This document shows positions 8,363 through 17,951 of a stretch of 64,000 nucleotides of DNA, piece after piece. Where the stretch lies: positions 16,088-80,087 of IMG/VR virus record IMGVR_UViG_3300021255_002910; one strand, 5' to 3'. Made by a program: the position numbers and the translations under genes. Within the stretch, counting starts at the first letter, position 1. Each line of letters opens with the position of its first letter. Below the pieces are notes generated by a model, which was not told the DNA's origin, did no database searches, and was given only the letters and a program-made list of their open reading frames with translations. Origin of the DNA: a virus. Lineage: Duplodnaviria; Heunggongvirae; Uroviricota; Caudoviricetes.

Positions 8363-8932
8363 TCAGAGCAGCCGCAGGAAGTGGACGATGCCATAGACGG
8401 CGGCGGCGGTGAGGGCGCACAGCTTCAGGGCGTAGAGCACCCATGCCGTGCCGCCCACCCACGAGGGATAGTCCGTGAGGCACTGGCCACGGCTGATGCG
8501 CTGCTTGACTATCCAGATGGCCAGGCCCTGCCATGCGCTCTGCAGCGTGTGGAGCAGCAGGTAGGCCAGTGCGCCTGCGGCCATGACGTAGAGCTCGCTG
8601 TACTTGCTGCCGCCTATGAGCTGGGCGGCGAGCAGGACGACGATGGCCCATGCCAGCTGGTCGGCGCGGTCGCCGCTCTTGACGGTGCGCTCCTGGTAGT
8701 CGTCGTAGGCTTGGCGCTCGGTCAGGAGGTCGGTGACGTCCTCCAGCCGCTTGCCGATGCAGTTGCCTTCGCCAAAGAGGTCTTCGCAGATGCAGGAGTC
8801 TTCGTTGTTGCACTTGTCATGCAGCGGGCAGCGGTCGCACTCGGTGCCGTCGCCGCCCTCGTCGGTCACGAGGCGGTAGCGGCGGCCTTCGTATTCGCGG
8901 GTGTCGGGGGTGTTGTTGATGTTCTGTTCCAT
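8363..8932 (-). CDS. Cys-rich N-terminal domain plus C-terminal membrane protein (189 aa)
   Basis: N-terminal CDRCPLHDKC...CICEDLFGEGNC followed by hydrophobic helices. Confidence 0.55.
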   Translation of the reverse strand: MEQNINNTPDTREYEGRRYRLVTDEGGDGTECDRCPLHDKCNNEDSCICEDLFGEGNCIGKRLEDVTDLLTERQAYDDYQERTVKSGDRADQLAWAIVVLLAAQLIGGSKYSELYVMAAGALAYLLLHTLQSAWQGLAIWIVKQRISRGQCLTDYPSWVGGTAWVLYALKLCALTAAAVYGIVHFLRLL

Positions 8933-9083
8933 AATTGTTTTGTTTTTTTGGGGGTGGCCTGTCGGCCAGAAATTTTACTTAAAATTATAGCAGCCTGTCG
9001 GCTGGTAATCGAGTTCTACTCGCTTCGCTCGTCGAAGAAATTTTATTTAGAATGGGTATTTAGAATTTTATTTAGAATGGGTG

Positions 9084-10088
9084 TCATTCGATGCCATACT
9101 GCCGCAGGTATTCCTCGCAGACGAAGCCCTTGCGCGGAGAGAATCGGCGGAACTCCGAAATCTGGAATATCTGGTGCTTGTTGCACCATTGCGCCATGTC
9201 TTTCTGCCACTGCGGTATCGGGCGGTGCGGATTGTCGGGGTCGCGGTAGGGCTGCGAGTAGGGGTAGATGTTGGGCAGATGCTTCTCGCGGCACTCGTGG
9301 TTGCGCAGCCACCAGTAGTGCGTCCGTTCATACGACTCGCGGAAGTCCGACTTGCCGCCTATCATTGTGTAGAGGAAGTATTCGCCCCGGTAGCCGTGCG
9401 AATTGATCATCGAGATGGCCCGCTCGCAGTCGGCTATCTGTCCGTGGGTGTCGCAGCCGAAGCGGATTCGGTTCTGCAACCACTTGACCTGGGCGAGCAG
9501 CCGCGCAAAGCGGTCGTTGACGAGCCGTGCGTCGAGCGCCTGGTTGAAGTCCACCCGATAGCCACGGCTGATGATTTTCTCCAACTGACTGACGGCATAA
9601 TCGCCAGCGGCCAGTATGTTGTTGTCCATTAGGACGAGCTTCGTTCGCCCCTCGATGGCTATCTCGTCGCAGTCCATATAGGGTCGTATCTTGCCCTCCT
9701 TGCGCGGCACGACGCACCACGGGCATCGGTTCGGACAGCCACGGGTAAGGAATCCGTAGGCCGTGTCGCTCGGCACGTTGGGGTATATCGAGTAGTCGGG
9801 CTGCAGGCGGTCTATCTCATCGGGCAGTCGGCTGGCGATGTCGTAGCCCGTGCCGCCGCGTATGATTTCGTCGGCATCGTAGCACGTCAGGTCGTCGGGC
9901 GTGAAGTTGAACACCTTCGACACGTACACCCTATCGTAGTGCATCATCGGCAGTGCCCACTCCACCGTGTCGCCCTGCTCCCGATGATAGCGTGCTATCT
10001 TCGTCAGCGCAAGGTTCGGGTAGATGGTCGCGCCCCATTTCTTCTTCTTGGCGTGTCCGTCGATGTCAACAAGTCCTATTCGTTTCAT
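9084..10088 (-). CDS. radical SAM protein
   Basis: LTRGCPNRCPWCVVP matches CxxxCxxC. Start chosen at MKRIGLVDIDGH. Confidence 0.7.
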   Translation of the reverse strand: MKRIGLVDIDGHAKKKKWGATIYPNLALTKIARYHREQGDTVEWALPMMHYDRVYVSKVFNFTPDDLTCYDADEIIRGGTGYDIASRLPDEIDRLQPDYSIYPNVPSDTAYGFLTRGCPNRCPWCVVPRKEGKIRPYMDCDEIAIEGRTKLVLMDNNILAAGDYAVSQLEKIISRGYRVDFNQALDARLVNDRFARLLAQVKWLQNRIRFGCDTHGQIADCERAISMINSHGYRGEYFLYTMIGGKSDFRESYERTHYWWLRNHECREKHLPNIYPYSQPYRDPDNPHRPIPQWQKDMAQWCNKHQIFQISEFRRFSPRKGFVCEEYLRQYGIE

Positions 10089-10192
10089 TCGTGTAATTCG
10101 TGTTCGTTTCAATTCGTCTCTCTGTGAGAGAAGGGTGCGCGGCGGCTGTGCGTGTCCGCCACGCTCCCTTTTCGGGTCATGCACGGGGGGCT

Positions 10193-10747
10193 TTACGGCT
10201 CCATCTCCGAGCCGCCGCCCTGAGTGCCGCCGCCCTGAGTAGAGCCGCCCTGAGTAGAGCCGCCGTCAGCCGTGGGGTCGGCGGGCGTCTGCGAGGCGTT
10301 GTAGTCGACGCGCTCGGCCTGCTTCTGCAGTGCGAACTGCTTGGAGATGTTGCGCCCTACGGAGGCTGCGAGTGCCCACGTGATCATGTCGGCGGTGAGC
10401 ATGTCGGCGGTGGCCACGGTCTTGCCGGGGTACTTGTCGGGGTGCTGCTGCACGTCCTTGTCGCTGACGCTGCCCGTTGCCGTGGGGTAGAAGCTGACGA
10501 GCACGCCGCCGTCGGCTTCGAGCTGCACGCGGTTGTTCTCCCTGACCTCCTCGATGATGATGTTGGCGGCTTCTTCGAGGATGCTCTTGATTTCGGCTGC
10601 ACGGCTGATGCCGCGTGCCTCAATCTTCTTGGCCAGCTCCTTGTTGGTGATGACGTTATCGACTACGGCCTGTGCATAGACCGAATGGCTGCCCTGCTGG
10701 TTGGCAGTAGGGGTGAACTCCATGACGCGAAATTTGTTTTTCGCCAT
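10193..10747 (-). CDS. HU-family DNA-binding protein (Bacteroidetes HU-like domain) with Gly/Gln-rich C-terminal repeats
   Basis: VYAQAVVDNVITNKELAKKIEARGISRAAEIKSILEEAANIIIEEVRENNRVQL matches the Bacteroidales HU-like fold pattern. C-terminus GGSTQGGSTQGGGTQGGGS. Confidence 0.7.
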   Translation of the reverse strand: MAKNKFRVMEFTPTANQQGSHSVYAQAVVDNVITNKELAKKIEARGISRAAEIKSILEEAANIIIEEVRENNRVQLEADGGVLVSFYPTATGSVSDKDVQQHPDKYPGKTVATADMLTADMITWALAASVGRNISKQFALQKQAERVDYNASQTPADPTADGGSTQGGSTQGGGTQGGGSEMEP

Positions 10748-10836
10748 AATGTTTGTACGATTGACCTTATACCATCGCGAGGTTTCTTGTTGTTTATACG
10801 GTCTGCCTGTCGGGAGACAGATTTTCCTTTTTCCGG

Positions 10837-10921
10837 CGGGGGTACTACTTGAAGGTTTGTTTAAGTTAACTTAAAGCCGGGTTAAAGTTAACTTTAACGA
10901 AGGTTCAAGTAGTCCCCCCTG
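10837..10921. promoter_or_regulatory. nested palindromic locus: outer 17-bp inverted repeat flanking two perfect AT-rich palindromes
   Basis: TTAAGTTAACTTAA (10861-10874) and TTAAAGTTAACTTTAA (10882-10897) are flanked by GGGGGTACTACTTGAA ... TTCAAGTAGTCCCCCC. Confidence 0.5.
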
Positions 10922-11048
10922 TTTTTTCCCGTCGGCAAAGGTAGCCAAAGGCGCCGTGGCGTGGCTGACACCGATTTGCTCCCTGCGACAGCAGCAAAGG
11001 TAATACTTTTATTTTTGGGAGTGGGACAGCCTGCGGGATGGGTGAGGG

Positions 11049-11462
11049 CTATCGGTGGTCGCCTGAGCCGTCGATGACGTGGCGCTGCTGGCGGTCGGCG
11101 AGCTTCGTGAGGTTCTGGCGCGCGATGTCCTCCAGCTGCCAGCCCATGACGGAGCACAGGCCGCTGAGCTGCCAAAGTATGTCGCCGGCTTCGGCCTGCA
11201 TGTCGAGTTCGCGCTGGCGGTCGGCCTCGGGGCCGCTGTCGTGGTAGGAGAGGATGTCGCCGTCGGTGGTGAACGATACCTGCCCCTTGCGTATCATCTT
11301 GGCCACCTTGGAGGCCAGCTCGCCCACCTCGCCGACGAGGTTGAGCATCATATACGAGAAGTTTTCCGACTCGGGCAGACAGGTGGTCATGGCCTGCTGC
11401 TGGTACTGGGCGAGGGTCATCGGTGCGCCCTCGGCCTGTGGGTTGTTGTTGTCTTTGCTCAT
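11049..11462 (-). CDS. mazG: MazG-like nucleotide pyrophosphohydrolase
   Basis: LNLVGEVGELASKV and EAGDILWQLSGLC MazG EExxE/D motifs; 137 aa. Confidence 0.8.
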   Translation of the reverse strand: MSKDNNNPQAEGAPMTLAQYQQQAMTTCLPESENFSYMMLNLVGEVGELASKVAKMIRKGQVSFTTDGDILSYHDSGPEADRQRELDMQAEAGDILWQLSGLCSVMGWQLEDIARQNLTKLADRQQRHVIDGSGDHR

Positions 11463-11527
11463 TGCTTTGTTGATGTTTTAGTCGGCTTGCGCCGAGAAAT
11501 TATTCAAAAATTAAGTTCAAAAATTAT

Positions 11528-12687
11528 TCATTCTTCATTTCCCGAAAAGTCGGGCAGGCTGACCTTGAAGCGCTGCTGGAGCCACTCGCGGTAGTCGCGG
11601 ATGCCGAAGAGGTCGGCGTCGTTGCTGGCCAGCCACTGCTCCCACTTCTTCTGCCGCTCAAAGAACACCTCGCGGAAGAACCACTGATATACGTCGCGGT
11701 ACTTGCCGACGGTCTCCACGTCGGGGTGTGTCTCGCGGAAGGTCTGTGCCGCACGGCAGTAGGCGCGTACCATCTTCGGGTATTGCTCGAACTGGCGGAT
11801 GCGCTTCTTGTAGTAGGCCAGCGGACAACACATACAACCGAGCCGCCGCTTCGCGTCCACACTGCCGTCGCGACGGTAGTAGAGCGGATGCACCTGCAAC
11901 GAGTGGCGGTCGATATAGTTGAGCACGTCCTCGTCGGTCCACGTCAGTATCGGGTAGATGGCTTCCACGTGGTTTTCCTCCGTCTTGGCACCGTAGTAGC
12001 GGCACTCCGTAGGCTCGTCGTAACGCTTGTCGCGCTTGGTCGATTCGGCCTTGCGTATGCCCATCACGGCCTTGTCGAGGGTCTTGTGCTCCTTCAGATA
12101 GCGGCAGCAGTGGCGCTGGAATCGGTTGGGCATACCCATCTCGGCTATCAGCTGGAAGAACGACTTTTCGGGGCGCACCGTTTCTACCCCCCCACTTGGC
12201 GGATGTGGCCTGCCGTGCCCGGCGGGTCGATGGTGGTCGAGTGGTAGATGGCACGGTAGCGGATGCCGCTGCGCCGCGTGAGGTCGAGGATGACGTCGCT
12301 GTCCTTGCCGCCGCTGTAGCCCACTTCTATCTCGCCCCGGTAGCCACGGGCCACGCTCTGCAGCAGCTGTATGGCCTGCTGCTCCTTGTGCGAGAGGCGG
12401 TCGGCATCGGTGACGGCGAAGGTGTCAGCCGGCTCGTAGTCCTTGCCCGGTCGGCAGGCTTCCACCGTCATGCCGTCGGTGGAGAGCATACGGTGCTTGC
12501 GGTGGCCGCTGATGCGGAAGCGCAGGACGTCGAAGCACTGCGAGGTGCCCGTGCGTCCGTACTTGTCGCAGTGGATGAGCCACGTCTGTCCCCGTCGGGG
12601 CACTATCATGTGCTCACGGTGCAGCTCCAGCCGGTACTGCTCGCCCCTGTAGCCGATGGTGATGTCTATCTGTTGCTGAAAGTACAT
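11528..12687 (-). CDS. PAPS-reductase/PP-loop ATP pyrophosphatase family protein (DndC/CysH-like), split by a frameshift at a G7 tract
   Basis: N-terminal part (12184..12687) has GYSGGKDSDV. C-terminal part (11528..12178) has GIRKAESTKR and ILTWTDEDVLNYIDRHSLQVHPLY...CMCCP. The junction coincides with a C7 run at 12187-12193. Confidence 0.6.
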
Positions 12688-13016
12688 TGCTTTTGTTCTT
12701 TGTTTTGTTTTTTTTAATTTCCGGCTCGCAGAGCCTTTTAATTTTCAGGATAATTTTTGTTTAATTTCTGCGCGAAGCGCATCCCAAATATCGGGACTTA
12801 CTGTTCTCTTGGGGTCGCCTGCGGCTCAAAATCTGACGGAAAATCTTTCTTGAAAATCTTTGGCCTGTCGGCCTGAAATCATTGGCACCAGCCTGCGGCA
12901 TGGATTGCCTTGTCAGATTTTGAAATAGATTTCTTGTCAGATTTTTCGTTAGATTTCTTCGACGAGCGAAGCGAGTTGAACTCGATTGCTGCCCGCAGCG
13001 CATCCCGAAACACACG

Positions 13017-13220
13017 TTATTCGTAGTAGTCGATGATGCAGGGCTGGCGCGTCTCGGCCACTGCTGCATAGGCGATGCCTACGGCGTGGTCGTAGCTGCG
13101 CGAGGCCCCAATCAATCGCCATCGGTGCAACAGCCACAGACGGGTGTACCGCTGCCGTACCTCGTAGGTGCCGTCGTTCTGCCGCACGATGCGAAACCTG
13201 CCACAGGGCTTGTATCTCAT
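13017..13220 (-). CDS. hypothetical small protein (67 aa)
   Basis: Complete ORF. Confidence 0.4.
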   Translation of the reverse strand: MRYKPCGRFRIVRQNDGTYEVRQRYTRLWLLHRWRLIGASRSYDHAVGIAYAAVAETRQPCIIDYYE

Positions 13221-13552
13221 TGGCCTGCGTCCTCTTCAATATGTCCGATAACCTGGCAACCCTCGAAGCATGATGGCGTCTGTGTGCTGAACATGTTGTA
13301 GGGCTCGCCGTTCTTCTTGATTTTGCGCACGCTGATCCAGCTGCCGTAGCGCGAGTCGATGCCGCAGACCATCAGGTCGCCATAGTCGGTGGTGCGCACC
13401 ACGTCGCCCCGGCGGACACCGTACTTCTCGCAGAAGTCGGCAAACCGCCGCTCGTCGCGCTCGGTCCTCAGAGTCGTGCGCTGTGTGTTCAACTCGGAAA
13501 TCCGTCTGTCGATTTCCCGGATGTCACTCTCGATTTCAGATAGTTGTCTCAT
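13217..13552 (-). CDS. hypothetical protein with N-terminal coiled coil (111 aa)
   Basis: Complete ORF. Stop overlaps the next start. Confidence 0.5.
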   Translation of the reverse strand: MRQLSEIESDIREIDRRISELNTQRTTLRTERDERRFADFCEKYGVRRGDVVRTTDYGDLMVCGIDSRYGSWISVRKIKKNGEPYNMFSTQTPSCFEGCQVIGHIEEDAGQ

Positions 13553-13629
13553 TGTCTTCTTTGTTTTTTGGATGGCCTGTCGGCCAGAAATTATTCAAAA
13601 ATTATTCAAAAATTACTCCTTACCGATGG

Positions 13630-14190
13630 TCACTCGCCCCACTCCTTGCGGTCGAAGTCGCTGAGGAAACGGAAGTCGTAGCGGATAATGTTGTTGGCAA
13701 GCTGCTGCAGCGTATCGTCCTGACCGACGGCGACGGGAAAGACTCTGTGGCTGCGCATGTCGTGCACCGTCTTGGCGAGGATGCGCCCGTCGGCACTGGC
13801 TTCGGTGACGTGCCACGCCCTCCAGGGCTGTCGGCTGGTGCAGTACCACTCGCCCGCCATTCCGTCGTGGGGCGTGAGGCGGTGCAGCACCTCGGCATGG
13901 GTGTAAGGCTCTTGGGCGAAGTCGCGCTCCTCGGGCTGCTTCTCGGGTGCAGGCGGACATGGAATATCGGGCGGCATGACCTTGCAGCCCATGCGGTGTG
14001 TCACTCGGTCTATCTCGTCCTGACTGTAGCCACAGGAGCGCATGGCCTGCTGCATACGGCTGATAAGCGAGGCCGAAAGCCAGTCGTAGATGTGGCGGTG
14101 CTGCCCGAGGCCCCACAGCGAGCCGACGACTGCGCCGAGGGCGATGCCCAAAAGCAGGATGATGAGGGCGGGGATGGTAGTGGCGGTCAT
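13630..14190 (-). CDS. hypothetical membrane-anchored protein (186 aa)
   Basis: N-terminal TM helix TIPALIILLLGIALGAVVG. Confidence 0.5.
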   Translation of the reverse strand: MTATTIPALIILLLGIALGAVVGSLWGLGQHRHIYDWLSASLISRMQQAMRSCGYSQDEIDRVTHRMGCKVMPPDIPCPPAPEKQPEERDFAQEPYTHAEVLHRLTPHDGMAGEWYCTSRQPWRAWHVTEASADGRILAKTVHDMRSHRVFPVAVGQDDTLQQLANNIIRYDFRFLSDFDRKEWGE

Positions 14191-14624
14191 CGGGCTGCGT
14201 CCTCCTGGCCGCTTTCATCGTTCAATCCCAGCCGTTCTTTCTCCTTGCGGACAAAAGCCTCCTGCAGGGCGTCGATGATGATTTGTGCGATAGTACAGTG
14301 CTTGCCATCGGCTATAGCCTTCACGTCCCACCCGAAAGTCTGCTTCATCTTGCGATAGTCACTCTCCCGTCCGCCACGGTTGATGGCGTTGATAGCTGCG
14401 TTCCAGCAGAAGATGCTTTTTGGGAAAGTCTCGTCGATGGCTTTCCATCCCTTTTCCTTCGACGCCTCGCGGCACGCGCACTGCCATCGGCTCAGTATGG
14501 CCTTGACACCGAGCACGGAATTTTCCTCCTTTGTCTGGTTGAAAAACTCAAAGTAGAGCGACATCGGGTCTTTGGCCTCCAGTCTCTCAATGACGAATTG
14601 CTTGATTTCATTGCTTGTCTTCAT
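14187..14624 (-). CDS. hypothetical protein (145 aa)
   Basis: Complete ORF with a 4-nt overlap with the downstream gene. Confidence 0.5.
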   Translation of the reverse strand: MKTSNEIKQFVIERLEAKDPMSLYFEFFNQTKEENSVLGVKAILSRWQCACREASKEKGWKAIDETFPKSIFCWNAAINAINRGGRESDYRKMKQTFGWDVKAIADGKHCTIAQIIIDALQEAFVRKEKERLGLNDESGQEDAAR

Positions 14625-14655
14625 AATGTTTCCTTTTAAGTTATTTATTCCTGCG

Positions 14656-14826
14656 GCGTGAATTAGTCTAAAAATATATTCGATGTTTACATAATGGGCA
14701 AGTGATGTATCTTGGTGCGCTATTCCAATATTCAGGCATTACACAATCTACCTCAATATCATTGGAATTGTATTCGAGATTTGCACCACAATGTTTGCAA
14801 GAAACCCTTCCAGATAATACCCTCAT
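14656..14826 (-). CDS. small zinc-ribbon protein (56 aa), not in the ORF track
   Basis: MRVLSGRVSCKHCGANL...CPLCKHRIYF has two CxxC pairs. Low-GC segment. Confidence 0.4.
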
Positions 14827-14838
14827 TGGTCAGTTCTC

Positions 14839-15105
14839 CTATAATTTTTCAAAATTAGTTCTCTTTTCTGCTAACCTTTCCTTGATTTCTTCTATACGTT
14901 CCTGAATGAGCGGCAAAACCTTTTTCCCGTTCAAAATACAAATACTCTTTGTTCTTCGACCAGTTTTTTCTTTTGAGCTTAACCACACCATCTCGTCATC
15001 CTCCTTGATGATTTTTTGCCATTCTTCAAGCTCTCGCAACTCATTCTCTGCATCTATTATTTGCTTTACTAATGAGTTGCCTTCATTTAATTCTTCAAGT
15101 GTCAT
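14839..15105 (-). CDS. hypothetical protein (88 aa), low GC
   Basis: Complete ORF. Confidence 0.45.
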   Translation of the reverse strand: MTLEELNEGNSLVKQIIDAENELRELEEWQKIIKEDDEMVWLSSKEKTGRRTKSICILNGKKVLPLIQERIEEIKERLAEKRTNFEKL

Positions 15106-15154
15106 AGTTTCTTTTGTTAATTCGTGTAAATTTGTGAAATTAGTGGTTTTCTTT

Positions 15155-15616
15155 TTATTCCGTTACTTTATACTCTATCGGCAACACATTTCCATGCGTG
15201 AAGTCATAGAAGAAATGCTGCACGTCGCTGATGGCGTCGTGGGGGAGCGACGGATATTCACCGTAGCCGCGAGTGACGACCTTGTAGCGGCGGCATCCGT
15301 CCTCCTCCTCCAGCCACGATAGTGCAAAGGGACTGCCCTCGTCGAAGGAGAGGCCCTCGGCGGTGAACTCCCAGGCGTTGTCGTCGTCCAGAAAACCGTC
15401 CAGCTGCTCCTTTCTGACGAACCCGAAGGCCCGCAGCGTCTCCGGCGTGATGGGGATGTACTCCAGCCGGTCCAGCCGTGCCCACGCCAGCTTGTCGCGG
15501 CGCAGGTGGTAGCCTATCTTCCGCTGGTGAACCGCTGCCACCCGCACCACCCTGCCCTCAGCCATCAGCCAGTCACCAATCATAATGTCCTGTGGTCTAA
15601 GCATTGTTCTGTTCAT
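15155..15616 (-). CDS. hypothetical protein (153 aa)
   Basis: Complete ORF. Confidence 0.5.
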   Translation of the reverse strand: MNRTMLRPQDIMIGDWLMAEGRVVRVAAVHQRKIGYHLRRDKLAWARLDRLEYIPITPETLRAFGFVRKEQLDGFLDDDNAWEFTAEGLSFDEGSPFALSWLEEEDGCRRYKVVTRGYGEYPSLPHDAISDVQHFFYDFTHGNVLPIEYKVTE

Positions 15617-15621
15617 GTCTG

Positions 15622-15891
15622 TTAATCATTACTCTTTCTGTTTTCCCACGCATCGGCTCGGCGGTGGTATTCGATGATGTCGGCCTGTAGCGTCTCGTTG
15701 AAAAACTCGCTGACGTGATTGTCGTTGTACTGGCAGTCGGCCTGCGTCTGAATGATGTAGTGTCGTGCCAGCACGTCCTTTACAGCGGAAATAGCCTTCA
15801 TGTCCTCGTCGCTCAGGTTGGGTTCTTTCAGGACCTCCTTTAATTCGTCCAGAATGCAGTAAGCTCTCAATAAATAGTCTTTGTCTGTCAT
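15622..15891 (-). CDS. hypothetical protein (89 aa)
   Basis: Complete ORF. Confidence 0.5.
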   Translation of the reverse strand: MTDKDYLLRAYCILDELKEVLKEPNLSDEDMKAISAVKDVLARHYIIQTQADCQYNDNHVSEFFNETLQADIIEYHRRADAWENRKSND

Positions 15892-15974
15892 AATTCCTTT
15901 CTTTGTCAGATTTTGAAATAGATTTTGTTTGATTTTGAGCCGTGAGGCGACCCCGAAAGGTCGTCAGTCGAAAG

Positions 15975-16418
15975 CTACACTTCCAGCCCGACTATCAGAC
16001 GGCCTTTCATCGGTATGACCTCGGTCGGGAAGTCGGTGCCGTCGGTGAAGTTCTCGATAGTCCACGACTTATACTCCCGTCCATCCTTGCCGACAAATGA
16101 GTACGACGTTATCGGGCGATTCTCGTTGTCGCGCAGCCAGTCGGAAATGTCGCCGATGACCTTTTTCATCATCTCCTGTTTCTGCTGCATCGTCTCTGCA
16201 CACGACTGCATATATAATCTTGTTATGTATTCCTCGCTGATGCTGACAATGTACTTCTTCTTGTGTGTCCTGGCGAGGCGCTCCAGGTAGTAGGCCACGT
16301 CCTGGCACAAGTCAGTTACACGGACTGCCCCCGTGTCGGTCTGTCTGTTCTCGTTCTCCTTGGCGCACTGGCGAAGCGCTGCTATCGCCTGGTGCAAGTT
16401 GTCGTTTGTGATTACCAT
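15975..16418 (-). CDS. hypothetical protein (147 aa)
   Basis: Complete ORF. Confidence 0.5.
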   Translation of the reverse strand: MVITNDNLHQAIAALRQCAKENENRQTDTGAVRVTDLCQDVAYYLERLARTHKKKYIVSISEEYITRLYMQSCAETMQQKQEMMKKVIGDISDWLRDNENRPITSYSFVGKDGREYKSWTIENFTDGTDFPTEVIPMKGRLIVGLEV

Positions 16419-16493
16419 AATTTCTTTTTTGTTAAATTTTGAAATAGATTTTGTTTGATTTTAAGGAGCGTAGCGACGACCCCGAAAGAGAGG

Positions 16494-16781
16494 CTATACC
16501 GCTGTGACTATGGGCTCCAGGGCTTGTCGCAGAGCGTCGGGGTCGTGCAGCGTCGGCACACCGAGCAGGTCGCACAGCGTCCGTTTTAGCGTGTAGTTGT
16601 CCATTGCCTGCAAAGTCTCCATCAGCAGGAAGTTCTCACGTTGCTGCTCCTCGCGCTCCTCCTGTCGCTGTTCCTTGTCGCTCAGGCATTCGCCGTCTTC
16701 GATGAGTGCCTTGTAGAGTTCTTTTTTCTCCCATTTGCTACATGAGCAGAGGATGTCGTCAATGTCAATGTCGATTTCCAT
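16494..16781 (-). CDS. hypothetical acidic protein (95 aa)
   Basis: Complete ORF, preceded by the conserved 51-nt leader element. Confidence 0.5.
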   Translation of the reverse strand: MEIDIDIDDILCSCSKWEKKELYKALIEDGECLSDKEQRQEEREEQQRENFLLMETLQAMDNYTLKRTLCDLLGVPTLHDPDALRQALEPIVTAV

Positions 16782-16857
16782 AAATTCGTTTAATTCGTTA
16801 AATTCTTGCGTCCCTGCGGTAGCAAGCGTCTCCTTGCGTCGCCGAGCGCGTAGTCGT

Positions 16858-17223
16858 CTAAATCTCCTGCATCCTGCCCTGACCGCCGAAGACGATGAGC
16901 AGTTTCTTCGTCATATAGTCGTGCGCCAGTCCGAGGCTAATGCCGAAGTCGTAGAAGTCATCCTGCCAGCCGTTGCAGTTGCGCACGTCGTAGCAGTCCA
17001 CGCGCTCGGTGTCGGCGAGGATGATGTTATCCACCAGCTCGCAACCTGCGACGATGAGCGGACGTGCGCCGTACTGCGTCTGCGGCATCAGTCCGAAGAG
17101 CATGACGGTCTCGCGCTGCCCCCTCATGCCCGTGGCCACTTCAAACTGTTGCATCTGTTCGGCTGGCACACGGCTTTTCTCGGCCAGCCGCTTGATAACG
17201 TCGTTGAGTGTTTGGTAGGTCAT
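16858..17223 (-). CDS. hypothetical protein (121 aa)
   Basis: Complete ORF. Confidence 0.5.
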   Translation of the reverse strand: MTYQTLNDVIKRLAEKSRVPAEQMQQFEVATGMRGQRETVMLFGLMPQTQYGARPLIVAGCELVDNIILADTERVDCYDVRNCNGWQDDFYDFGISLGLAHDYMTKKLLIVFGGQGRMQEI

Positions 17224-17243
17224 AATTCAATGTTGTTTTGTTG

Positions 17244-17924
17244 TCACTTGTTTGTTTCCTGTTCCTTGAACCCATCGGCATGTTGCAGGTCCATTGTGTA
17301 GGCCACTACCCACGGATTGTCCTGCCAGGTGCCGCGTCCGTTGATGCGGTCGATGAGGGCAGCGAAGGCTTCGCGGGGAGTGTCGAACACCCGGTTGTTC
17401 CTGCCGCTGCGCTCCATCAGGCCGCTGACGATGTAGCCGTCCAGCCAGCGTTCCACACCCTCACGCAGACAGTCCTCGTCGCTGATGTCCTGCATGTGCT
17501 CAAACCAGAGGTCGGTCATCTGCACCTGCCACGGCATCATCGTGGGGTAGGTGAACATTTTGTTTCGCCAACCAGGAAGCTGACTGATGGGCAGATTGCC
17601 CACCTGTCTTACACCGTTCTTCACGAAATGGGCCTCCAGCAGCGTGTCTGGTTTCCATCCAGCCCGCTCGTAGGTCTGCCCCACGGCCACCACCTCGCCC
17701 ACCTCGTAGGGCAGCGGCAGTTGACCGAGTTCTCGTCCGTCACCGTTCGTCACCACGCAGTCGAAGTAGAAGTCTGCCCCCGGTCGCTTGCGGAACTCCA
17801 GCTCCACATCGCTCACGCCCCGAAACGTCTTCGGGCACCTCACAATGCGCCGCGTCATCGTCTTGCGCCGCTCTATCACCGCCGTCTCCAGTCCGTAGCG
17901 GCTGTTGAATAGTATTTTCTTCAT
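17244..17924 (-). CDS. hypothetical protein (226 aa)
   Basis: Complete ORF. Confidence 0.5.
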   Translation of the reverse strand: MKKILFNSRYGLETAVIERRKTMTRRIVRCPKTFRGVSDVELEFRKRPGADFYFDCVVTNGDGRELGQLPLPYEVGEVVAVGQTYERAGWKPDTLLEAHFVKNGVRQVGNLPISQLPGWRNKMFTYPTMMPWQVQMTDLWFEHMQDISDEDCLREGVERWLDGYIVSGLMERSGRNNRVFDTPREAFAALIDRINGRGTWQDNPWVVAYTMDLQHADGFKEQETNK

Positions 17925-17951
17925 ACGTTCAATTCGTTTAATTTGTAGTCG

